Shown: piece by piece, positions 1-10,623 of the stretch
How positions within the stretch are numbered: the stretch's first letter is position 1
Layout of the letters: every line of letters begins with the position of its first letter
Source of the DNA: Gammaproteobacteria bacterium
GTDB lineage: Bacteria; Pseudomonadota; Gammaproteobacteria; Eutrophobiales; Eutrophobiaceae
Assembly (NCBI GenBank): GCA_028279365.1
Contig: JANQNX010000014.1
Span: 143,921-207,920 of the forward strand
Length of the DNA stretch: 64,000 bases
Direction: 5' to 3'
Program-made: the position numbers and the translations under genes
Notes under the pieces: model-generated
Databases searched by the model: none
Seen by the model: the letters and a program-made list of their open reading frames with translations, nothing else
Told to the model about the DNA's origin: nothing

Positions 1-68
1 GTACCTTGAAAAAGATGACTAGTGGGAACTAATTTTTAACTAAACTTTTAATGTATAGGAGAAATGCA

Positions 69-812
69 ATGAGTATTAATGTCGAAAATAAAATTGTATT
101 AGTAACAGGTGCCAATCGTGGTATTGGTAAATCGATAGTAGAAACTTTTCTAAATAAGGGATCCGCAAAAGTCTATGCGGCGGTAAGAAACACCGACTCG
201 GCAAAGGAACTGGTAGAAAAGTACGGCGACAAAGTTGTGCCGATTGAAGTCGATATGGGTAAACAGGAAACCATTACTGCGGCAGCGGCTACTGCGACCG
301 ATGTTGATATCGTGATTAATAATGCCGGTGTCTTATTTAATGCCTCGCCGTTAACCGAGGATGCTTATCAGACATTATTGCAGGAGGTGGATATCAACGT
401 TGGCGGTTTGATCCGAATAGCGCAGGCGTTTGCGCCGGTGCTTAAACAAAATGGAGGTGGTGCGCTGGTACAACTCAATTCAGTGGCATCAATGAAAAAC
501 TTTTCCGATTTTGCCACTTACTCTGCGTCAAAAGCAGCGTCGTATTCCATTACACAAGGCCTGCGCGAGAAGCTTGAAGAGCAGGGTACAGCGGTTGTCA
601 GTGTACATCCTGGTCCGATAGCCACTGACATGGCACATAATGCCGGCCTTGGAGATATTGCGGAACCGGCTTCTGTGGTCGCTGACAGTATCATTGAAGC
701 GCTTGAGCAAGGCGAGTTTCATGCCTTTCCTGATAGCATGGCCAAACAGATATGGCAGCCCTATGAAAGCTTTGCAAAAAATATTGTTGAGGTGAACTTG
801 ATGGAAGGATAG
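69..812 (+). CDS. SDR-family short-chain dehydrogenase/reductase
   Basis: Rossmann motif TGANRGIGK near N-terminus, catalytic YSASK. AGGAG RBS 7 nt before the ATG at 69. The ORF track begins at 51, which is likely an over-extension. Confidence 0.8.
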   Translation: MSINVENKIVLVTGANRGIGKSIVETFLNKGSAKVYAAVRNTDSAKELVEKYGDKVVPIEVDMGKQETITAAAATATDVDIVINNAGVLFNASPLTEDAYQTLLQEVDINVGGLIRIAQAFAPVLKQNGGGALVQLNSVASMKNFSDFATYSASKAASYSITQGLREKLEEQGTAVVSVHPGPIATDMAHNAGLGDIAEPASVVADSIIEALEQGEFHAFPDSMAKQIWQPYESFAKNIVEVNLMEG

Positions 813-837
813 GGAGCATCACTTTCGATAAAAACAA

Positions 838-863
838 AGCCCCGCAATCGCGGGGCTTTTTTA
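838..863 (+). terminator. Rho-independent terminator after SDR gene
   Basis: GC hairpin AGCCCCGC-AATC-GCGGGGCT followed by TTTTTT, 26 nt after the stop codon. Confidence 0.75.
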
Positions 864-938
864 TATTGTTGGTTCTGTTCTGTTTATTCAGCAGCGGCAT
901 GATAAGATAAAACAAAAATAATAAAGAGGGGGATAGTC

Positions 939-1259
939 ATGCAGCATCTTTATAAAAAGATATATGCCGATCCTGAGTTTCATGAACTGGAGTCGAAGCG
1001 CGGTCGATTTAGCTGGTGTCTTGCCGCGATTACTATCATTTCCTATTTCAGTTTTATCCTGATTATTGCCTTTTCCCCTGAACTGTTTGCTAAACCAATT
1101 AGCGATAGCACAGTCATTACCTGGGGCATTCCTGTCGGTCTGTTCATTATTATCCTGAGTTTTGCATTAACCGGTATCTATGTATTTCGTGCCAACAGTG
1201 AATTTGATCGCCTTAGTAAAGATATTGTTGATCATGTTAAGGATTCTGCCGGTGAATAA
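939..1259 (+). CDS. yjcH: DUF485 inner-membrane protein (YjcH family), co-transcribed with actP
   Basis: 106 aa with two TM helices. Collinear with E. coli YjcH (FxELxxKRxRF ... GIPVG ... TGIYxxRANxEFDRL). Stop overlaps the actP start. Confidence 0.8.
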   Translation: MQHLYKKIYADPEFHELESKRGRFSWCLAAITIISYFSFILIIAFSPELFAKPISDSTVITWGIPVGLFIIILSFALTGIYVFRANSEFDRLSKDIVDHVKDSAGE

Positions 1260-2913
1260 GCACTATGTTGCTGGCATGTTTTTATTGATCAGCACGTCTG
1301 TCGTTTATGCAGCCGGCGCGATAGAAGGTGAGGTACAACGACAACCGCTTAACCTGACCGCGATCACCATGTTTTTGTTGTTTGTTGGCGCCACGCTTTG
1401 TATCACTTATTGGGCCGCGCGACGGACTAAAAGTACCAAGGATTTTTATGCTGCCGGTGGGTCTATCTCCGGTTTACAAAATGGCTTGGCCATCGCGGGT
1501 GACTTTATGTCAGCCGCCTCTTTTCTGGGTATCTCAGGCCTGGTATTTGCCAGTGGCTTCGATGGTTTGATTTATTCGATAGGCTTTTTGGTTGGCTGGC
1601 CGATTATTTTATTTTTGCTTGCTGAACGTTTGCGTAACCTGGGTAAATATACCTTTGCTGATGCCGTGAGCTATCGATTAAAACCGCTACCGATTCGTAG
1701 CCTGTCTGCTTGCGGTACGTTGACAGTCGTGTTGCTTTATCTCATCGCACAGATGGTTGGTGCTGGAAAATTAATTCAGGTGTTATTTGGTCTCGAATAT
1801 TATTTAGCGGTGATCGTCGTTGGTGTCTTAATGATCCTATATGTCACGTTTGGCGGGATGTTAGCTACGACCTGGGTGCAGATTATCAAGGCTGTCTTAT
1901 TATTATTTGGCGCGAGCTTTATTGCAGTGGCCGTAATGAATCAGGTTGGTTTCTCTTTTGATAATTTGTTTTCCAGTGCAATTAATCTGCATGAAAAAGG
2001 TCTGGCGATTCTTTCACCTGGCGGACTGGTTTCCGATCCTGTTTCTGCCATTTCACTCGGGTTGGCGTTAATGTTTGGTACCGCTGGCTTACCCCATATT
2101 TTAATGCGCTTCTTTACTGTGCCCGATGCGCGCGAGGCCCGAAAGTCAGTGTTTTATGCAACTGGCTTTATTGGTTACTTTTATATCCTGACATTTATTA
2201 TTGGTTTTGGCGCAATCGTCATGCTGGTAAACAACACTCAGTTTCTGGATCCGGAAAGCGGTGGTATCATCGGCGGTAATAACATGGCAGCGATTCATCT
2301 GTCGCAAGCCGTAGGCGGTGAAATCTTTTTAGGCTTTATTTCCGCTGTGGCTTTTGCCACCATTCTTGCCGTGGTATCCGGTTTAACCTTATCGGGTGCA
2401 TCAGCGATTTCTCATGATTTATATGCCAGTGTGATTAGGCATGGCAAGGTTCAGCAAGGTGAAGAGCTAAAGGTATCTAGAGTTGCGACTATCTTATTAG
2501 GCATTGCCGCTATTTTCCTCGGTATTATTTTTGAACAACAAAATGTGGCTTATATGGTGGGCCTGGCATTTGCCATTGCTGCCAGTGTCAATTTCCCGAT
2601 TCTGTTTCTTTCCATGTATTGGCAAAAGCTCACTACCAAAGGTGCGTTTATCGGTGGCAGTATTGGTCTGCTTACTGCTGTGACCTGTATGTTACTCGGC
2701 CCGACTATCTGGGTTGATATACTGGGTAATGCAAACGCTATTTTCCCTTATAAGCATCCGGCACTTTTTTCGATAACGGCAGCGTTCTTTTTCATTATTG
2801 TAATATCAAAAATGGATTCATCTGATAGTGCAAAAGATGAGGCAATTGCGTTTGAGGATCAATATGTGCGTTCACAAACCGGGCTGGGTGCTGAAGGTGC
2901 CAGTCAGCATTGA
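1252..2913 (+). CDS. actP: Cation/acetate symporter ActP (SSS family)
   Basis: Near end-to-end similarity to E. coli ActP ([27 protein letters not shown]..., [27 protein letters not shown]). Probable GTG start at 1252 overlapping the yjcH stop (GTGAATAA); alternative ATG at 1276. The track's ATG at 1180 is probably an over-extension. Confidence 0.85.
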   Translation: MNKHYVAGMFLLISTSVVYAAGAIEGEVQRQPLNLTAITMFLLFVGATLCITYWAARRTKSTKDFYAAGGSISGLQNGLAIAGDFMSAASFLGISGLVFASGFDGLIYSIGFLVGWPIILFLLAERLRNLGKYTFADAVSYRLKPLPIRSLSACGTLTVVLLYLIAQMVGAGKLIQVLFGLEYYLAVIVVGVLMILYVTFGGMLATTWVQIIKAVLLLFGASFIAVAVMNQVGFSFDNLFSSAINLHEKGLAILSPGGLVSDPVSAISLGLALMFGTAGLPHILMRFFTVPDAREARKSVFYATGFIGYFYILTFIIGFGAIVMLVNNTQFLDPESGGIIGGNNMAAIHLSQAVGGEIFLGFISAVAFATILAVVSGLTLSGASAISHDLYASVIRHGKVQQGEELKVSRVATILLGIAAIFLGIIFEQQNVAYMVGLAFAIAASVNFPILFLSMYWQKLTTKGAFIGGSIGLLTAVTCMLLGPTIWVDILGNANAIFPYKHPALFSITAAFFFIIVISKMDSSDSAKDEAIAFEDQYVRSQTGLGAEGASQH

Positions 2914-2950
2914 GCTTGAGTCGTTAGCAGTTAATTAACCATATACCTTG

Positions 2951-3709
2951 TTAAGCGCAGGCGATGTGAAATCGTTCCACAATGTTGCCCGGTATTTCGT
3001 AGATCGTTTCAATACTCTCTTTAGTAAGAATGTCGTTACTTTTTCCGGCGTGATGAATTTCGGCATCCTTCATTAATATCGATTCGTCACAGTAATGCAT
3101 GGCCAGGTTGAGATCGTGCAGGATAGTAATCACGGTTAATGATCGCGTTTCTGTCAGTTGTTGGCATAGTGCAAGAATATGATGCTGGTGTTTTAAATCT
3201 AGTGCGCTGGTCGGTTCATCAAGAAATAACACGCTGTGCTCCTGTTCCCATATTTGCGCCAGTGCGCGCGCGAGTTGGACGCGTTGTTGTTCTCCGCCGG
3301 ATAAGGTCGTAAATATCCGGTCTTTAAATGCGTAGGCATCCACATCATGTAACGCGGCCTCGGCAATATCGATATCATAACTGGCCGGGTTTTCCCCAAG
3401 ATAAGGGTTTCGCCCCATCATCACGATCTCCATGGTCGTGAAGGGAAAACTCAGTTGGCTTGACTGCATCACGACCGCGCGTTGCTTGGCCAGTTCCAAC
3501 AGCGCAAAGTCCTGAATCGGTCTATCTTTAAAATGCACCTCGCCGCTATAGTTTCTATGGGTACCACTCAGGCATTTAAGCAGGCTGGTTTTGCCCGCTC
3601 CATTTGGCCCAAGAATACTGGTCATGATGTTTGGGTTAATGTGGACATCAATGTCACGCAATACGACAGTATCGCCGATAGTCTGAATGAGCTTTGTTGC
3701 CTTAATCAT
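2951..3709 (-). CDS. hmuV: Hemin ABC transporter ATP-binding protein
   Basis: Walker A GPNGAGKTS, ABC signature LSGGEQQRV, Walker B LFLDEPTSALD. Start chosen at MIKATK, abutting the hmuU stop; the longer ORF runs to 3748. Confidence 0.8.
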   Translation of the reverse strand: MIKATKLIQTIGDTVVLRDIDVHINPNIMTSILGPNGAGKTSLLKCLSGTHRNYSGEVHFKDRPIQDFALLELAKQRAVVMQSSQLSFPFTTMEIVMMGRNPYLGENPASYDIDIAEAALHDVDAYAFKDRIFTTLSGGEQQRVQLARALAQIWEQEHSVLFLDEPTSALDLKHQHHILALCQQLTETRSLTVITILHDLNLAMHYCDESILMKDAEIHHAGKSNDILTKESIETIYEIPGNIVERFHIACA

Positions 3710-4755
3710 AGTCCCAACCTGCCTGAATATTGTTTGAGTAATAGCCACAGGAAAAATGGTCCGCCGATTAAACTGGTAAAGATACCAACCGGTATTTCAG
3801 CTGGGGCAAAAACAGTGCGGGCAATGGTGTCGGCAACGATCAGAGTGATAGCACCGAGTAACGCCGACGCAGGTATTAACAGTCGATGATCGGGACCCAG
3901 TGTTAGACGGATTAAGTGGGGAATCACCAGGCCGACGAAACCAATAATGCCACTGACTGCGACAGCAGCGCCGACTGAGATCGCGGTACAGATTATGATA
4001 TTACGTTTCAACTTTTCACTATCAACGCCAAGATGTTTTGCCTGTTCTTCACCTAATAACAATATGTTTAACTGTTGTGCATTTCGATAAAGCAAAAACG
4101 TGGCAGGTATAATTAATGTTGCCGTCATTACGACACCTGGCCAAAGTGCACCGCCGAGACTACCCATCGTCCAGAAGGTTAATGTTCTTAGCTGTTGGTC
4201 ATCACTGAGATAGGCAAGAAAGCCAGTGCCTGCTGCGGCCAATGCATTGATTGCGATACCGGCCAGTAATATGTAAGTCACCGATGATGTATCACTTAGC
4301 TTCGCAAACTTGAAGATAATGATGCTGGTGACGAAGCCGCCGGCAAATGCGGCAATGGAAAGGCCATACAGCCCGAGAAAACCGGTTAGTGAACCGAAGA
4401 ACACAATCGTCAACGCCACAGCGAATGCCGCACCGCTGGAGATACCAATCAAACCCGGGTCAGCTAACGGGTTTCTGAATAGCCCTTGCAGCGCCGCGCC
4501 GGAAACCCCGAGTCCGGCTCCTACCAGTGTGGCTAATAATACGCGTGGCAGCCGAATTGAAAGCATTACTGCCTGTTGCTGCTCTGTCATATCACCCAGT
4601 AATAACGAGCCGAGTGGAATCGATAAGGCACCAATCGAAGTCGCAACAAATAGACTGACTAATAATGCGAATATCAACAAACCCAGTGCCGGTAAAGACA
4701 AGTGCACTTGCAAAATGGGTAAGGGCACCCTGATTTGTTTGGAGTACAAACTCAT
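3706..4755 (-). CDS. hmuU: Hemin ABC transporter permease (FecCD family)
   Basis: 349 aa polytopic membrane protein of the FecCD/BtuC type. ATGA overlap with hmuT. Confidence 0.85.
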   Translation of the reverse strand: MSLYSKQIRVPLPILQVHLSLPALGLLIFALLVSLFVATSIGALSIPLGSLLLGDMTEQQQAVMLSIRLPRVLLATLVGAGLGVSGAALQGLFRNPLADPGLIGISSGAAFAVALTIVFFGSLTGFLGLYGLSIAAFAGGFVTSIIIFKFAKLSDTSSVTYILLAGIAINALAAAGTGFLAYLSDDQQLRTLTFWTMGSLGGALWPGVVMTATLIIPATFLLYRNAQQLNILLLGEEQAKHLGVDSEKLKRNIIICTAISVGAAVAVSGIIGFVGLVIPHLIRLTLGPDHRLLIPASALLGAITLIVADTIARTVFAPAEIPVGIFTSLIGGPFFLWLLLKQYSGRLGL

Positions 4756-5588
4756 AAAGACATGAAACGCTGGCGTAACTCTTTGGCAGCATCAATGGTT
4801 CTTGGCCCAAAGCCCAACAGTAGTAATGAGTCCATCGCAATGATATGACCATTTTTGCCGGCTGGTGTTAATGCCAGTCCTGGGCTTTTCAATAAGCTCG
4901 CTTCACCACCTGCCTGTTCCAAACCTTGCTCCGTAATCAGGATAATATCCGGTGCTTGCGTAATCGCTGCTTCCGGTGTCAATGGTTTATAACCCTCATA
5001 CGCCGAAACACTGTTGTTAGCCCCGGCGAGGGTGATAATACTGTCAGCCGCTGTGTTTTTTCCCGCCACCATTGGCGCGCCGCCACCGTGTTGCAGTATA
5101 AACATGATCTTCTTATCAAGGTTTTCAGCTGAAATCTTCTGCGCCAACTGTTGTTGTTGTGATTCCAATTTCTTAACCAGTAGTGTTGCTTTTTCGTCGG
5201 CGCCAATCGCTTTCGCAATGAGCTTGATATTTTCGATGACATCCTCGAATGAACGACCGGCCTTGATCTGAAGAATATCGGTATTGGTTGCCTTAATCTG
5301 TGCCAGTACCGGTTTGGGTCCAGCTTCATTCGTCAGGATAACCAGGTCCGGATTTAAGGATAAAATCCCCTCGGCTGATAATGCTCGTTGATAACCTACC
5401 TTGGGTAAGTTTGCTGCTTGTTCCGGAAAATAGCTGGTGGTATCACTACCGACGATCAGATCCCCTTTATCCAGTTTAAAGACGATTTCCGTGACAGCAC
5501 CGCCGATGGTAATTAAACGCTGTGCGTTAGTATCAGCATAGCTATGATGGATAAAAAATAAACAAAACAGTAAAACCAGATTTCTCAT
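4752..5588 (-). CDS. hmuT: Periplasmic hemin-binding protein
   Basis: Signal peptide, class III periplasmic-binding-protein fold, located within the haem locus. Confidence 0.8.
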   Translation of the reverse strand: MRNLVLLFCLFFIHHSYADTNAQRLITIGGAVTEIVFKLDKGDLIVGSDTTSYFPEQAANLPKVGYQRALSAEGILSLNPDLVILTNEAGPKPVLAQIKATNTDILQIKAGRSFEDVIENIKLIAKAIGADEKATLLVKKLESQQQQLAQKISAENLDKKIMFILQHGGGAPMVAGKNTAADSIITLAGANNSVSAYEGYKPLTPEAAITQAPDIILITEQGLEQAGGEASLLKSPGLALTPAGKNGHIIAMDSLLLLGFGPRTIDAAKELRQRFMSL

Positions 5589-6013
5589 TTGTTTGCCTCG
5601 TGTTGCATTAATAAATTGGCGGCCTCAATCCCCTGGGATTGAAGATAAGTCAGTACCGTTAATAGTCTCTCAATCGAGATAGTCTTATCGCTGGCGATAA
5701 TCAACTCATGTTCAGGTTTGGCTTTGATGATTGTCGGTATCGCATTGCGTAACTCTTCAAACGTTGTAATCGTTTTATCATTTAGCGAGTAACTGTCTTT
5801 GCGGATCTGAAGCATGATGTGTTTCGGCTCATTTACCATCGACAGCTCTTCCATGACACTGGAAGGAAGCTGAATATCAAGTGATTGAAATACCGCCCCT
5901 GCCGTGAGTAGAAAAAACACCAGCATGATAAACAGGATATCCAGCATTGGTGTTAAGTCCGGCGCCAGGTCGGAACCGATATTGCTTTGATGATGGCTTG
6001 GTGTTTTGATCAT
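5585..6013 (-). CDS. exbD: Biopolymer transport protein ExbD
   Basis: 142 aa with a single N-terminal TM helix; ExbD/TolR family. Confidence 0.8.
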   Translation of the reverse strand: MIKTPSHHQSNIGSDLAPDLTPMLDILFIMLVFFLLTAGAVFQSLDIQLPSSVMEELSMVNEPKHIMLQIRKDSYSLNDKTITTFEELRNAIPTIIKAKPEHELIIASDKTISIERLLTVLTYLQSQGIEAANLLMQHEANK

Positions 6014-6591
6014 GCGCTTAGTCTCTCGACATTATTATCAATAAAACTATCTGATGTTTGCTTATCCATCTCGAATGACATGGATAGTTTGTTTAGACGC
6101 AAACAAAGTTTACTGATTTGGCGATCGGCCAGGTGGTGGAACAGGTAAGCCAATAGCAGTGCAGGTAAAGCAATCATCAGTCCTGCCGCCGTCGTTAACA
6201 TCGCTTCCCATAAACCATCAGCAATCATGCTCGGCGAGACCGGTCCGGTTTGCACTGAGATCACTTTAAATGCAGCGATGATCCCAAGTATTGTGCCAAG
6301 CAGTCCGATGATTGGGCTGATGGTACCGATCATGCGCAACAGGCGAGTGCCATTAAAATAACTATGCTGCAATTCAGCCAGCATGATTTCCACCATTTCA
6401 TCACGATTCGGCTTGGGTAAACTTTTATGATCGCTTAAGTAGTCGGACAGTTTGACAAATTGCTGTTCCTGTTTTAACCAGGCATTAGCATGGAATATCA
6501 GCCGCTCGATACTGATCATTACGGTGATGATTGAACAGATGGCGAGCGGCCAGCCCATAATTCCCAGTTGTTGAAACCACTCAGGCAACAT
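6010..6591 (-). CDS. exbB: Biopolymer transport protein ExbB
   Basis: MotA/TolQ/ExbB three-TM protein. Start set at the internal Met (MLPEWFQQ) so it does not overlap hemS by 90 nt; the long ORF extends to 6672. Confidence 0.7.
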   Translation of the reverse strand: MLPEWFQQLGIMGWPLAICSIITVMISIERLIFHANAWLKQEQQFVKLSDYLSDHKSLPKPNRDEMVEIMLAELQHSYFNGTRLLRMIGTISPIIGLLGTILGIIAAFKVISVQTGPVSPSMIADGLWEAMLTTAAGLMIALPALLLAYLFHHLADRQISKLCLRLNKLSMSFEMDKQTSDSFIDNNVERLSA

Positions 6592-7675
6592 GACTGGTTT
6601 CCTTGGCAGGAATAGCGTCAATGATCTCACGCCAAAGTTCGAGTTCAGGGATACCCGGCTTACGTTTACCAAAGAAGGTCACGATCAGTTCACTGTTTGC
6701 ATCAAACAATTCCAAAGCAGTGACGATACCGTCTTCGGTGGGTTTTTTTGTTACCCAGGTATGCGCAATACTATCTTCGTTCAGATGCAGGTTAAACATC
6801 GGGTCAAGCACGTTATACCAGTTCTCATGTTCGACCAGTTTATTGACCGGGCCGGTATGAATTTGTATGCAGCCACGATTACCGACAAACACCATAATCT
6901 CGCATTGTTTATCCCTGGCAAGTTCCAGCATTTGTCTTGACGCAGTATTGTCAACTTCGTAGGCGAGGTTAGTGCCGGCAAAGCGTAAGGCTTGTTCACG
7001 ACCGACCTTGAATTTTTTCAACATTGGGTAAAAATCATGCGTGTCTTTCAGGTTGTTCCAGCTATCACGAAAGCCATCCCAGTCGATTTCATTATCCGGT
7101 TTGTCTGCTGGTTTGGGCTCATAAGCCTCAACCGTAATAACGTTTTCCTGTTTGTCGGCAGTAAATTTTTCTACCAGTGGTTCGAATTCTGTATTGTTTG
7201 ATTTCGTGGTGAGATAGATTTTATGAATCGCAACACCGGCTTTATCAAAAAACTGCAGGCTTTTTCTTGGGCCGCTTTTTGTTTCTTCACTGACGGCAAA
7301 ACAATATTGCCACTGGCTCATAAACAAACGTAGATCGATATCGGGATTCACAAACAATCCCTGTTTCATTTTGCCATGTTCAAAAAACTGTGCATTTTCG
7401 TAAATGCCTTTGCGTTCATGCACGCAATCTTCATTTCTCGTCAGCGCCATTACTTCACCCAGCACATGTACAGATTTTAATATTTCCTGCGGGTTATCAA
7501 TCAGCCTTACGGCGGTTTCACCGACTGATAATGCCAGTAGTTCACCCTCAGAAACGCCCAGTTCATCAGCAATATTTCTGATACGTAAATTGGGCTTATC
7601 TCGTTTAAGCTGTTCGTAACGTTCTTTTAACGTTTTGGTTGCTTCGTTGTTAATTGATGCAGTTGCCTGATTCAT
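6581..7675 (-). CDS. hemS: Cytoplasmic haem-degrading/haem-shuttle protein (HemS/ChuS/HmuS family)
   Basis: 364 aa with a duplicated HemS/ChuX fold and typical position between tonB and exbB in the haem locus. Confidence 0.8.
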   Translation of the reverse strand: MNQATASINNEATKTLKERYEQLKRDKPNLRIRNIADELGVSEGELLALSVGETAVRLIDNPQEILKSVHVLGEVMALTRNEDCVHERKGIYENAQFFEHGKMKQGLFVNPDIDLRLFMSQWQYCFAVSEETKSGPRKSLQFFDKAGVAIHKIYLTTKSNNTEFEPLVEKFTADKQENVITVEAYEPKPADKPDNEIDWDGFRDSWNNLKDTHDFYPMLKKFKVGREQALRFAGTNLAYEVDNTASRQMLELARDKQCEIMVFVGNRGCIQIHTGPVNKLVEHENWYNVLDPMFNLHLNEDSIAHTWVTKKPTEDGIVTALELFDANSELIVTFFGKRKPGIPELELWREIIDAIPAKETSHVA

Positions 7676-7686
7676 GTTTCTCCTCC

Positions 7687-8460
7687 TTATTGGATAACAA
7701 ATTCAATCGGTACGCGTACCCAACTGGTGACAGCCGTACCGTTTTTATTGGTGGGTTCAAATTCCCATTTACGGACAGCGGCAAGCGCCGCCTTATCAAG
7801 TAAAGAATGACCTGATGACTTCATGATTTTTAATTCGCTCGGTAAACCATCTGGCTTGACCAGGGCATGTAAGGTCACGTTACCCTGTTGACCTAACTCA
7901 AGAGCACGACGCGGGTAGCGTGGCGGTGTTTGTTTTCGATATTTTGCATCTTGAACAACCGTTGACAGTTCTTTGCCAACTGCAGGGGCCAATGCCACCG
8001 TCTCAATTCTGGTCGGGTAATTCGTTTCTTTTGTTTCGACCGGTTTTTTTATCTCATTATCGCGTTCGGGTTTTTGAGGTATAGGTTTCGTGATTTGTTG
8101 TTTAACGATTTCGGTTTTTTTAATCACTGGTTTTGGTTCAATGGTCTTTTGAGGTTTAGGCTCGGGTTTGATTTTGGCAATTTTTTTCGGTGCCTGTTTT
8201 TTCGTGACAATCTTTTTCTCTTTAATGACAGGTTTTGGAGGAAGGGGTGGCATCATTGTTTTTATCGGTTCCGGTTTTGGCGCAGGAGCCGCAATGCTCA
8301 TCAAATTGATCTTAATTTGACTGTCGGTAGGTAGTGATATTGAATCGGGTTTAGGCTGGATTAAATTGGCAATAACCAGATTTGCAAACAGCGAAAGGGC
8401 AAGATAGTGAAACCATCTTGCCCTTGGTTCAGATTGTAGGTCGAAACGATCTGCTACCAT
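7687..8460 (-). CDS. tonB: Energy transducer TonB
   Basis: N-terminal TM anchor, long Pro/Lys/Glu-rich spacer (PKPEPIK repeats), conserved C-terminal TonB domain. Confidence 0.75.
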   Translation of the reverse strand: MVADRFDLQSEPRARWFHYLALSLFANLVIANLIQPKPDSISLPTDSQIKINLMSIAAPAPKPEPIKTMMPPLPPKPVIKEKKIVTKKQAPKKIAKIKPEPKPQKTIEPKPVIKKTEIVKQQITKPIPQKPERDNEIKKPVETKETNYPTRIETVALAPAVGKELSTVVQDAKYRKQTPPRYPRRALELGQQGNVTLHALVKPDGLPSELKIMKSSGHSLLDKAALAAVRKWEFEPTNKNGTAVTSWVRVPIEFVIQ

Positions 8461-10532
8461 TGATAGGAGGCCCTCGCGGCGTAACTCCGACCTTCTTCGA
8501 ATAAATCGCCAAAACGCCTGGCATAGGCCTTGTCAGTGATATTCTCAATACCCAGGTCGACAATCAGATTCTCTTTCCCGACCTTGCCTTTCTGCCAACG
8601 GTAGTAAATGTCATAAACTGCATAGCCCTCAGTTTCCTCTTCAGTAGCGGGAATTTCATCATTCTCTTCGGCAAAGCGCCCACGTAAGCCGATAATACTA
8701 TTAACAAAGCTGTAGCTTACGTCTGCGACAAGCGTGCGCGGAATACCGTTGGCGATAAATAGACCGGTGTCGTCATCTTTGGCAGTAATGTGTGAGGCGC
8801 CGACTCTGGCGCGAAAACCATTAAGCTGATATTCGCCTTCAATCTCCCAACCGCGCAACACGGCATTTGGCACGTTAAAGTTGCGCGTGGTACCAGCTGC
8901 GATGTTGACTTCTTGTGTAATAAAATCATCGCCTTCGCTACGATGCCAGGAGCCCTTGATTTGTAACTGGTCATTGCCGATCAAATTAACGAAATCGATA
9001 CCCGCGCCTAACTCAATCGTCGTTACCGTTTCCGGTCTTAAATCTGGGTTAGGTTGAAAAAAGTTATTGGGCGCAAATACGAGGAAAGGAAATGGACAGG
9101 CGCTAATAGGCGTAGCTGGTAAGTTACAACTAGTCGGGAAACCGGCAAAGTGTTGTCCTGCAGGATACAACTCAGTCAGGTTTGGTGCACGAAAAGCCTG
9201 TGCCCAGCTACCGAAGACTAATAAGTTTTCCACAGGCTTATAACTACCGGAAATTTTCGGCGAGAACTGACTCTCATCCTGACTATTACCGTTATTGTCA
9301 TTACTTTGATAACTGTCGTAGCGAACGGCGGGGATTAACAAGAAGTCACCGATCGAGGAGACAATACTCACTTCATCCTGAATATAGAAACCGTAGTTTT
9401 CTGCCTCGGCATTGGGGACACCACCACGTGTGCCGTCTGTGGTTCTGTTGTTATCACCAATCTGCTCGTCCTGATAATACTCAAACCCATAGGAGAGCGT
9501 TTGGTTTAGAAAACCCTGGTCAAAGCGAGATTGGTTATCCAGCGTAAAACCAATGGTTTGGATATCACGTGATTGTACGCGCCCATTATTGGTGCCTGTA
9601 ATGTCGGCTTCTTCGACGCCGGTATCATTCAGATAGACATGCAGCTTTGGTGTCAGCCAGTTGTTGTCGGGGTTTTCATAGTTATATTTAAAACTGAACT
9701 GATAGTCTCTGAACTCTTTATTCAGTATAGGATTGCTATTGGTAATCGTGCCAGCACCGTTATTCGGTTCTCTACCATCGTTGCGCAATATTTGAGAAAT
9801 AAATTTAAACGTATGAAAGTCGTTTAAGGTATATCCTGCCTTGAACAAGCCGGATAACACATGATCCTGTGAACTGAGTTCATTACCGTCTCCTTGTTCA
9901 AGATCGTCGGCATGCCGATAGGTCACACTGCCGAGTAAATCCCAGTTACCGGTTCTGCCGTAAAGTGAGGTGGTTGGCGCATAGTCATCGGTTGCAGTAC
10001 GCACATTAAACGCGGTCATTGCGCCAAAGTTTTCACCGGGCGCTAACAAGTCAGCGGCGTCTTTAGTTTCAAATGCAACTACACCACCGACTGCTCCCCC
10101 GCCATAAATAGCAGAAGAGGCGCCCTTAACGACTTCAACGCGTTTTAATAAAGACGGATCAAGGAAAAAACGACCATCGTGGGCTGATTCAAAGTTTTGT
10201 CGACGGTTATCAATCAAGGTAATAATGGCCTCATCGTCAAAACCACGGATGGATACTGTTTGTCCATTTCGTCGCGGTCCATTGTCAATCTCAACAGACG
10301 TGGTAAATTCGAACAGATCGCCCATATCTGACGCCATCGCATTGCCAGCGGAATCCGCTTCAATAATTGACGTCATGACCGGTACATCGAAGGTGGATTG
10401 TGCACTTCGGGTAGCGTATATGGTGACTTTATCTACCGAAGCGGTGATAACTTTTTGTTCTTCCGCCTTAGCAGAACTGGTGCCAACCATAAAAATAGAT
10501 ACGGCTATTGACAGACATAAAACGCGTCGCAT
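8454..10532 (-). CDS. TonB-dependent outer-membrane haem/haemoglobin receptor
   Basis: Signal peptide, plug domain, 22-strand barrel ending in a C-terminal aromatic residue (ARASYQW). Sits in the haem uptake locus. The FRAP/NPNL-type motif region is present (FRAPNLTELY). Confidence 0.85.
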   Translation of the reverse strand: MRRVLCLSIAVSIFMVGTSSAKAEEQKVITASVDKVTIYATRSAQSTFDVPVMTSIIEADSAGNAMASDMGDLFEFTTSVEIDNGPRRNGQTVSIRGFDDEAIITLIDNRRQNFESAHDGRFFLDPSLLKRVEVVKGASSAIYGGGAVGGVVAFETKDAADLLAPGENFGAMTAFNVRTATDDYAPTTSLYGRTGNWDLLGSVTYRHADDLEQGDGNELSSQDHVLSGLFKAGYTLNDFHTFKFISQILRNDGREPNNGAGTITNSNPILNKEFRDYQFSFKYNYENPDNNWLTPKLHVYLNDTGVEEADITGTNNGRVQSRDIQTIGFTLDNQSRFDQGFLNQTLSYGFEYYQDEQIGDNNRTTDGTRGGVPNAEAENYGFYIQDEVSIVSSIGDFLLIPAVRYDSYQSNDNNGNSQDESQFSPKISGSYKPVENLLVFGSWAQAFRAPNLTELYPAGQHFAGFPTSCNLPATPISACPFPFLVFAPNNFFQPNPDLRPETVTTIELGAGIDFVNLIGNDQLQIKGSWHRSEGDDFITQEVNIAAGTTRNFNVPNAVLRGWEIEGEYQLNGFRARVGASHITAKDDDTGLFIANGIPRTLVADVSYSFVNSIIGLRGRFAEENDEIPATEEETEGYAVYDIYYRWQKGKVGKENLIVDLGIENITDKAYARRFGDLFEEGRSYAARASYQW

Positions 10533-10567
10533 GATAACTCCCTAAAGTTCATGTACGGTGTTTGCTA

Positions 10568-10614
10568 GCTGCCTGGCTGCCTGTAATGGTGGCTGGGTGG
10601 CTGGGTGGCGGGCT
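10568..10614. repeat. Short tandem repeats in hemP-hemR intergenic region / hemR 5' leader
   Basis: CTGCCTGG-CTGCCTG followed by TGGCTGGG-TGGCTGGG-TGGCGGGC on the + strand. On the transcribed strand this gives CCCAGCCA repeats just upstream of the hemR RBS. Confidence 0.5.
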
Positions 10615-10623
10615 ACTTACCTA

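Noticed and set aside
4310-4765. 151 aa ORF antisense to hmuU (and similar antisense ORFs at 25858-26388 inside the ClC gene, 62526-62972 inside aroA, 8074-8334 inside tonB)
   Set aside because: These are entirely embedded opposite well-supported conserved genes. They have low-complexity or biased composition mirroring the sense-strand codons and no RBS or homology signals.
7687-8460. Apparent DNA tandem repeats around 8060-8300
   Set aside because: They are explained by the Pro/Lys/Glu-rich periplasmic spacer of TonB (PKPEPIK-type peptide repeats), not an independent repeat element.
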